A DNA stretch of 63,962 bases, the filler included, from Octopus bimaculoides (Eukaryota): assembly GCF_001194135.2 (NCBI RefSeq). It is 10 parts of 8 records of this genome, joined end to end, with 100 filler letters (N's around TTAATTAATTAA, not from the genome) between each part and the next. Parts side by side here need not be neighbours in the genome. Positions count along the whole stretch, not along the records: positions 60,938 to 63,962 come from NC_068992.1; 9 more parts are not named here. One strand, written 5' to 3'. This document shows positions 63,685-63,962 of this stretch, piece by piece; the first letter of the stretch is position 1; each line of letters opens with the position of its first letter. The translations under genes and the position numbers were made by a program. Below the pieces are notes generated by a model. It searched no databases and had not been told where the DNA came from. It was given only the letters and a program-made list of their open reading frames with translations.

Positions 63685-63962
63685 CCTTGACTGTGTGTTA
63701 AGTAGCTTGCTTACCAACCACATGGTTCCGGGTTCAGTTCCACTGCATGGCACATTGGGCAAGTGTCTTCTACTATAGTCTCGGGCCGACCAAAGCCTTG
63801 TGTGTGGATTTGGTGGATGGAAACTGAAAGAAGCCCGTCGTATATATGTATATATATATGTATGTGTGTTTGTGTTTGTCCCCCCCAACATCGCTTGACA
63901 ACTGATGATGGTGTGTTTACGTCCCCGTAACTTAGCGGTTCGGCAAAAGAGATCGATAGAAT
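63685..63962 (+). mobile_element. SINE family B (runs off window)
   Basis: Family B head and body, internal (TA)/(TG) tract. Confidence 0.9.

Overview
Eukaryotic, AT-rich, gap-ridden draft-assembly DNA, most consistent with an Octopus (coleoid cephalopod) intron or intergenic region. The taxon is an inference from the tRNA-derived SINE families and microsatellite load. I can support only one host-gene exon: a minus-strand first coding exon of a cytosolic sulfotransferase (38358-38556) whose PAPS-binding loop reads TYPGAG instead of TYPKSG. The rest is a dense TE mosaic. It holds at least four tRNA-headed SINE families (my labels A-D) that swap heads and tails. It also holds decayed DNA transposons (Tigger/pogo, intron-containing Tc1, two mariner types, piggyBac, hAT, several MITEs) and non-LTR fragments (L1/Tx1-like, RTE-like, two RLE-type, Penelope-like). 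Main signals: (1) several minimal type-I hammerhead ribozymes with palindromic stem III; one family is tied to a Penelope-like GIY-YIG 3' end through a tRNA-like Pol III head, suggesting a tRNA-plus-ribozyme retroelement unit; (2) a HERO-like RLE retrotransposon whose 3' tail matches the tail of SINE family C at 42/46 nt, suggesting a SINE-LINE partnership; (3) a chimeric SINE carrying an inverted, microhomology-flanked copy of a neighbouring hAT transposase. Almost all ORFs in the supplied track are microsatellite or N-gap artefacts. TE boundaries are approximate unless a TSD or TIR is quoted.
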